Of a DNA stretch of 64,000 bases, positions 58,812 through 64,000 are shown piece after piece (position 1 is the first letter of the stretch; each line of letters opens with the position of its first letter). A model generated the notes under the pieces. That model ran no database searches. It was not told the DNA's origin and saw nothing but the letters and a program-made list of their open reading frames with translations. The position numbers were made by a program, and so were the translations under genes. The stretch is from Sphingobacteriales bacterium. GTDB taxonomy: Bacteria; Bacteroidota; Bacteroidia; Chitinophagales; LD1. The DNA is taken from NCBI GenBank assembly GCA_018262795.1, contig JADFDM010000014.1, forward strand, positions 5,449 through 69,448, written 5' to 3'.

Positions 58812-60148
58812 CAGCGGAGATCAATAATCAGCATTCAGAAATTAACATTCAGACAAGAACACACAAAGCCGCCAGTCGTTGGCAGCCCTCTTTGTCTGTA
58901 GCTTTCCGCCTCCTATTTTTAGTCCTCCTCTCTTTCACTTCTCTCCTCGCTTTCCCGCAAGGTTCGCTCAAACAAAAGAAAGACCAACTGCAAACGCAGA
59001 TGGAAAAACTACAGAATGAGATTAAACTCATAGAAGCGGCTATCAAAAAAACCAGCGACAAAAAACAAAAAGGGCTTAGCGAAATACTTTCCTTGCAAGC
59101 GAAAATCCGCTCGCGCGAAAAGCTGATTAAAAATATCAACGATCAGATTGGCGACTTGGATCAAACTATTGGACAAACGTCAGACGAAATAAGTGCGCAG
59201 AATGCGCAGGTAGAAAAAATGAAGGCCGATTATGCCAATATGCTTCGCAAGAGTTACGAAAACCTCACCCTGCGAAATGAAGTGGTATTTGTGCTTTCCT
59301 CTACCTCATTTTTCGAAGGTCTTCGCAGATATAATTATCTGCTCACTATTGCCGAATACAGACGCAACCAAGCCAAGGCCATTCAGGAAAGTATCAATAA
59401 GTTGCAAGATCGAAAGAATGATTTGCAACAAACCAAAGACGAAAAAGTTGGGCTGCTGCAAAAGCAAAGCAATCAAAAGTCGGTGCTGGAAAAGGAGAAG
59501 AGCGAAAAGAATACAGCCGTTAATCAGTTGCAGGAAAAAGAAAAAAAATTGCGCAAACAAGTAGAAGCTAAGAATGCTGCCGCTCGCAAACTGAATGATC
59601 GCATACAGGCAATCATTGAAGAGGAAATACGGCTGGCTCGCAAAAAGGCCGAAGAGGAGGCAAAGAAAAAAGCCGCTAATGGAACCGTAGTGAAGCCGGG
59701 AGCCATGCCTATGACCCCCGAAGAGCAGGCGCTGTCAAAGGACTTTGCCGGCAACATCGGCAAACTGCCTTGGCCGGTATTGCGCGGGCATATCATTTCT
59801 CAATTTGGCAAGCACGAGCATCCGGCACTTAAAGGGGTGATGATAGAGAACAATGGAGTGGATATTAAAACCGAAAACGGAGCCGATGCGCGGTCTGTTT
59901 TCAGCGGCACGGTTGTGAGTGTATTCTCACTACCCACCACTCATTACTGCGTCATTATTAAGCATGGCGAATACTTTACCGTTTACTCCAACTTAGAATC
60001 AGTGGCCGTAAAATCAGGCCAGGCCGTTACCATTAAGCAAACTATTGGCAAGCTGTTTACCGATAAAGGAGAAGACCTCACCAAAGTGCATATCGAAATC
60101 TGGAAGGGAAAGGAAAAGATGGATCCTGAACTGTGGCTGGCTGATTAA
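58808..60148 (+). CDS. M23/LytM-domain peptidase with a long N-terminal coiled coil (EnvC-like murein hydrolase activator)
   Basis: The ATG overlaps the previous stop (ATGA). A ~250-aa Lys/Glu/Gln-rich coiled coil precedes the C-terminal LytM-like GVDIKTENGADARSVFSGTVVSV...HGEYFTVYSNL. Confidence 0.8.
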   Translation: MTAEINNQHSEINIQTRTHKAASRWQPSLSVAFRLLFLVLLSFTSLLAFPQGSLKQKKDQLQTQMEKLQNEIKLIEAAIKKTSDKKQKGLSEILSLQAKIRSREKLIKNINDQIGDLDQTIGQTSDEISAQNAQVEKMKADYANMLRKSYENLTLRNEVVFVLSSTSFFEGLRRYNYLLTIAEYRRNQAKAIQESINKLQDRKNDLQQTKDEKVGLLQKQSNQKSVLEKEKSEKNTAVNQLQEKEKKLRKQVEAKNAAARKLNDRIQAIIEEEIRLARKKAEEEAKKKAANGTVVKPGAMPMTPEEQALSKDFAGNIGKLPWPVLRGHIISQFGKHEHPALKGVMIENNGVDIKTENGADARSVFSGTVVSVFSLPTTHYCVIIKHGEYFTVYSNLESVAVKSGQAVTIKQTIGKLFTDKGEDLTKVHIEIWKGKEKMDPELWLAD

Positions 60149-60344
60149 AACCGTATTCCTTCCTTCTCCCTCGATTGGTATCTTGCCGATCGCAAAATTT
60201 TCTCCCCTCCAGCAAAAACGGCAACAATCCGGTATCTCTATGACAAATATCATCCCTCAAAAGGTTACCTTTAGCACGGTCATTATCGGCTTAAATAGGC
60301 CTGATTACCGTATATTTATTTTCTTCGCACAAAAATTGAACTGT

Positions 60345-62012
60345 ATGAAAAAGAGTTTTCTTCTCGCCCTTGCTTTCTGTGTTTTCACGGGAGCGTTTGC
60401 ACAAGTGAATATTACCGTGGGGCCTTACTTACAAAGCCCTACTCCTTCCTCCATTAAGGTATTGTGGAGAACCGATATAGCTGCTACTTCAAAAGTTACC
60501 TACGGCACAGATTTGGCCAACCTGAATCTCACCGCTACTGATACGGCTCTGGTCACTCGCCATGCTGTAGAACTTAGTTCGTTGGCCCCTTACACCAAAT
60601 ATTTTTATGCGGTGTATGATGGCAGCACCCTTTTAGAGGGCATTGACAGCGCTCACTGGTTTCGCACCTTTCCGGTAGCCGGCACTGAAGTTCCTTTTCG
60701 GGTGTGGGCAACTGGTGATTTTGGCAAAGGCAACAGCAAGCAAGCAGCCGTGCGCGATGCTTTTGTAAATTACGATACTACCGAAACTAACTTTTGGATT
60801 TGGTTAGGCGATAATGCCTATCAAGATGGCACTGAGCAGGAATATAAGGACAAGGTTTTCGACTCGGTATATGGCTATAAAAAACTAATGGAGCATTTGC
60901 CCTTTTTGCCTACTCCGGGAAATCACGACTACAACTCTGTGTCACCGGTGACCTCTCCTAAGCCTCCTTTGACCCACACCGGCCCTTACTATGATTTTGT
61001 AGATGTGTATAAGAATGGCGAAGCGGGGGGAGTACCTACCGGGCATGAATTGTTTTATTCGTACGATTATGCCAATGCTCACTTTATCTCTTTGAATTCT
61101 GAATTAGGCTCTTTATTCACTTCTGCCGATGACTGGACGGGAGTTAGTCCTTTCAACACCTTCACTTCTTCGCCCATGACCCAATGGCTTACACAAGATT
61201 TACAGGCCAACACAAAACCTTGGGTAATCGTCTATTTTCATCAGCCTCCCTATACCGATGGCTCGCACGATACCGGTGCTTGGTGGGAGGTGTATATGAA
61301 AGCAATGCGGGAACACTTTGCTCCGATATGGGAACAATACGGAGTGGACTTGGTGGTGTGTGGTCACTCTCATGTGTATGAAAGAAGCTACTTAGTGAAA
61401 GGGTCTTATGGTAACACCGCAGACATAAACCCCAGCAATTATGTGCAAAGCAATAATGGTGTTGACTCTATGGGGCAAGCATTTGTGAAATATACCGGAG
61501 GCACCAATCCCAATCAAGGAACCGTGTATGTAGTGAATGGAAACAGCGGCAGCAGCGATGGCTCTGCGCCCTTGCACCACCCATATATGTACACCAGTTA
61601 CGGATGCGATACTTGCTGCGGTTCACTTATCATTGATATAAACGGCAACCGCTTAGATGGCCGCGAAATAGATGCTACCGGAGTTGTGCGCGATCACTTT
61701 ACTATGCTTAAAGAAAGTGGAACCGGCATCAATGATTTGAATAAAGATTTTATTGCCGGATTAAAAGTAGTGCCCAACCCTTTTAGCAATTCGACTAAGG
61801 TAAGTTTTGAGTTAAAGGCCGATACTGAAATCAATATTCAATTGAGCGATGTAACCGGAAAAGCAATCAACATTTATAGTGGTAAGATGGATAAAGGACA
61901 AAAAGAATTGAAAATTGATGCTCAACAACTGAAGTTGGCCAAAGGTGCCTACATCTTGAATCTTTCTACTCCGCAAAAGCAAATAGGCAAAACAATATTG
62001 AATATTGAATAG
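60345..62012 (+). CDS. Purple-acid-phosphatase-like metallophosphoesterase with a T9SS type-A C-terminal sorting domain
   Basis: ATG at 60345 (MKKSFLLALAFCVFTGAFAQ). PAP N-terminal FN3-like VGPYLQSPTPSSIKVLWRT. Metallophosphoesterase motifs GDFG, GDNAY, GNHDY and GHSHVYER. C-terminus LKVVPNPFSNSTKVSFEL...GAYILNLST...ILNIE. Confidence 0.85.
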   Translation: MKKSFLLALAFCVFTGAFAQVNITVGPYLQSPTPSSIKVLWRTDIAATSKVTYGTDLANLNLTATDTALVTRHAVELSSLAPYTKYFYAVYDGSTLLEGIDSAHWFRTFPVAGTEVPFRVWATGDFGKGNSKQAAVRDAFVNYDTTETNFWIWLGDNAYQDGTEQEYKDKVFDSVYGYKKLMEHLPFLPTPGNHDYNSVSPVTSPKPPLTHTGPYYDFVDVYKNGEAGGVPTGHELFYSYDYANAHFISLNSELGSLFTSADDWTGVSPFNTFTSSPMTQWLTQDLQANTKPWVIVYFHQPPYTDGSHDTGAWWEVYMKAMREHFAPIWEQYGVDLVVCGHSHVYERSYLVKGSYGNTADINPSNYVQSNNGVDSMGQAFVKYTGGTNPNQGTVYVVNGNSGSSDGSAPLHHPYMYTSYGCDTCCGSLIIDINGNRLDGREIDATGVVRDHFTMLKESGTGINDLNKDFIAGLKVVPNPFSNSTKVSFELKADTEINIQLSDVTGKAINIYSGKMDKGQKELKIDAQQLKLAKGAYILNLSTPQKQIGKTILNIE

Positions 62013-62033
62013 TGGTGCGAGAGGCTAGTGACC

Positions 62034-62076
62034 AACTTATAGTTCCGCATAGCGCATTTATGCGGAACTATAAGTT
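62034..62076. terminator. Perfect 17-bp-stem hairpin downstream of the phosphoesterase gene (possible terminator or REP-like element; no T-run)
   Basis: aacttatagttccgcat (62034-62050) is the exact reverse complement of atgcggaactataagtt (62060-62076). 9-nt loop. Confidence 0.5.
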
Positions 62077-62188
62077 CACTACCAAAGACTTTAAAAGTAT
62101 TTGGTAAAAGGTAAGCATCATAAAACAAAAAAGAGGGATGATTCGTTATGCTTTTAGGCGCACTTCCGCCATTTGACCTACTGAGATC

Positions 62189-62839
62189 ATGAACGAACCC
62201 ATTGTTACTATCCGGCAAGAAATTGCCAGCTCTCTCACCCATGCGGCCGGTATTTTATTCTGCCTCATTGGTATTCCTGTACTTCTTTTTTCGGCATCGG
62301 CTCAAGGAACGGCCATTACCTTGTGGTCGGTGGCCATTTTCGGCTTTGGAATGCTCACGGTGTACATGTCCTCCACTTTATACCACGCCATACAACACAA
62401 GAGAGCCAAACGCATACTCCGTGTGTGGGATCACATCAGTATTTTTTTTCTGATTGCGGGTAGCTATACTCCTATTATCACAAAATATACTCCACCGCAC
62501 ACGGCCTTTCTCTTCCTTTCGGTGATGTGGGGTATTGTGGGGGTGGGTGTAGTGCAAAAGATATTTTTTACCGGCAGGTTCGAAGCGCTTTCTGTATTTC
62601 TGTATCTGGGCATGGGCTGGATGGCGGTGTTTATTCTCAAACCACTGCTACACAATATGCCACTCGAAATTTTCTGGTGGATGTTAGCCGGAGGGCTTTG
62701 CTATACTTTCGGTATTATTTTTTACATCTGGAAACGGCTGCATTATCACCATGCTATCTGGCATGTGTTTGTGTTGGGCGGAACGGTCTTTCACTATTTT
62801 GCTGTCCTTTTTAGCATCCCTGTCCACACGACACTCTAA
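62189..62839 (+). CDS. Hemolysin-III / PAQR family membrane protein
   Basis: 216 aa, 7 predicted helices. Family motifs SSLTHAAG, STLYH and a C-terminal HAIWHVFVLGG. Confidence 0.85.
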   Translation: MNEPIVTIRQEIASSLTHAAGILFCLIGIPVLLFSASAQGTAITLWSVAIFGFGMLTVYMSSTLYHAIQHKRAKRILRVWDHISIFFLIAGSYTPIITKYTPPHTAFLFLSVMWGIVGVGVVQKIFFTGRFEALSVFLYLGMGWMAVFILKPLLHNMPLEIFWWMLAGGLCYTFGIIFYIWKRLHYHHAIWHVFVLGGTVFHYFAVLFSIPVHTTL

Positions 62840-62926
62840 CAAACACCGATTTGGATTTTTCGTGACGAAACATATCTTCGCAAATCCAGTAAAATTTAAA
62901 AGAAGTTCCCTCTGAAAATACTGCTC

Positions 62927-64000
62927 GTGAAATTTTTGAAAAAGAATATCCTCCTGATTACCGTTTTATGCGCATTTGTGTTCTCGGCAAATGCCGGTAC
63001 CGGCAATGATAACCTGATTACCTGCGTAGCTAATGAATGTTACGATGAGCCATCAGAGATCATGCAGGTAGCTACAGGTAAAGCGGGGGAACTGATTGAT
63101 TCTTTTTATCAAAAGCGACATAAGTACGATGGGTTTAACGGCTGCGTAATGGTGGCTAAAGATGGGGTTCCTATTTATTCAGGAGCTTTCGGCTATGGTG
63201 ATTACTACGATAAAGATACGCTAACTTTAGAGTCCTCGATCCAACTGGCTTCTGTTACTAAAACTTTCACCTCCAGCGCTATTCTGCTGTTGGTAGAAAA
63301 AGGTTTTCTTTCCTTAGATGATTCTATTCAGAAATTCTTTCCTGAATTTCCGTACTCCGGCATCACGGTAAAACTTCTTTTATCGCACCGCTCCGGCTTG
63401 CCCGATTATATCTATTGGGATAAATACTTCATTGGCACCGATGTGAAATACCTAAGCAATGCCAAAGTGCTGGATCTATTGATTCGCAAAAAACCGGATG
63501 TGCGCTGCCGTCCCGATCGCTTGTTCTTATACTCCAACACTAATTACGCACTGCTTGCCTCTATTATAGAAAAGGTAACCGGCATCAACTACAAAACGTT
63601 TATGCACGATGTGTTTTTTGCTCCCTTGGGAATGGCCAACACGTATGTATATACTCCGGATGATTCAGAAACTTGTTGTCGCACCATCAGCTACGAAGGC
63701 CGGTGGCGGGAATGGAAGGATGGGGTGTATGACGGAGTGTATGGCGACAAAGGGATTTATTCTTCCGTAGAGGATCTGCTGAAATGGGATCAGGCTCTTC
63801 GTGCGGGCTTAGTGCTTTCCGAAGAAACACTTCAGGAAGCGTATAAGCCGCGCAGTTTAGACCGTTATTCATTTGCGAAAGAAAAGGATAAAAACTATGG
63901 CTATGGCTGGCGCATGATTAAGCAGCCGGATAATTCCTATCTGATTTACCACAACGGCCTATGGCATGGCAGCAATAATGTGTTTGCCCGCGATCTGAAA
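62927..64000 (+). CDS. Beta-lactamase-family serine hydrolase (class C / PBP4*-like), 3' end outside the window
   Basis: Not in the ORF track because it has no stop. The frame is open from 62900 to the window edge. GTG at 62927 (or TTG at 62936) gives the signal peptide KFLKKNILLITVLCAFVFSANA. S-x-x-K motif SVTKTF and downstream YSN motif (LYSNTNY). Confidence 0.75.
   Translation, partial: MKFLKKNILLITVLCAFVFSANAGTGNDNLITCVANECYDEPSEIMQVATGKAGELIDSFYQKRHKYDGFNGCVMVAKDGVPIYSGAFGYGDYYDKDTLTLESSIQLASVTKTFTSSAILLLVEKGFLSLDDSIQKFFPEFPYSGITVKLLLSHRSGLPDYIYWDKYFIGTDVKYLSNAKVLDLLIRKKPDVRCRPDRLFLYSNTNYALLASIIEKVTGINYKTFMHDVFFAPLGMANTYVYTPDDSETCCRTISYEGRWREWKDGVYDGVYGDKGIYSSVEDLLKWDQALRAGLVLSEETLQEAYKPRSLDRYSFAKEKDKNYGYGWRMIKQPDNSYLIYHNGLWHGSNNVFARDLK

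Overview
Chromosomal segment of a Bacteroidota-type organism. This is inferred from many T9SS C-terminal sorting domains, SprB-repeat giants, a TonB-dependent receptor and the conserved flippase/dut/TPR/DUF4292/M23 envelope cluster; species cannot be determined from sequence alone.

Nt 1-28,588 hold a same-strand cluster of four giant paralogous SprB-repeat surface proteins: one 5'-truncated by the window edge, then 1687 aa with 13 repeats, 3661 aa with 34 repeats, and about 2512 aa with 19 repeats. Each ends in a gliding-motility-type (type-B) T9SS sorting domain, and together they fill about 40% of the window. The 3661-aa gene carries a young in-frame 3 x 675-bp tandem block.

Two roughly 1.5-kb non-coding islands (18,623-20,185 and 28,589-30,073) follow the two largest genes and are packed with hairpin and direct repeats. 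The most unusual object in the window is in the first island: an 11-unit tandem array of 42-43 bp at 19,169-19,630. Its best-preserved units each carry the perfect 14-bp palindrome TTTGATATATCAAA. It is neither CRISPR nor convincingly coding. The second island also holds a frameshifted gene remnant.

The rest of the window is mostly ordinary:
- an FG-GAP/VCBS T9SS cargo protein
- a TPP riboswitch controlling a TonB-dependent receptor
- an orphan TPR histidine kinase
- an ldcA-pnuC-nadR-like operon with ATGA overlaps
- metG, tRNA-Arg(CCT), an ABC-F ATPase, TerC, rnhB, dut and a MORN protein
- three further type-A T9SS cargo proteins: an esterase, a BNR/Ycf48-like propeller protein and a purple-acid-phosphatase-like protein
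- a hemolysin-III family protein and a 3'-truncated beta-lactamase-family serine hydrolase

All calls rest on reading the translated ORFs and the nucleotide sequence by eye. No database search was run.
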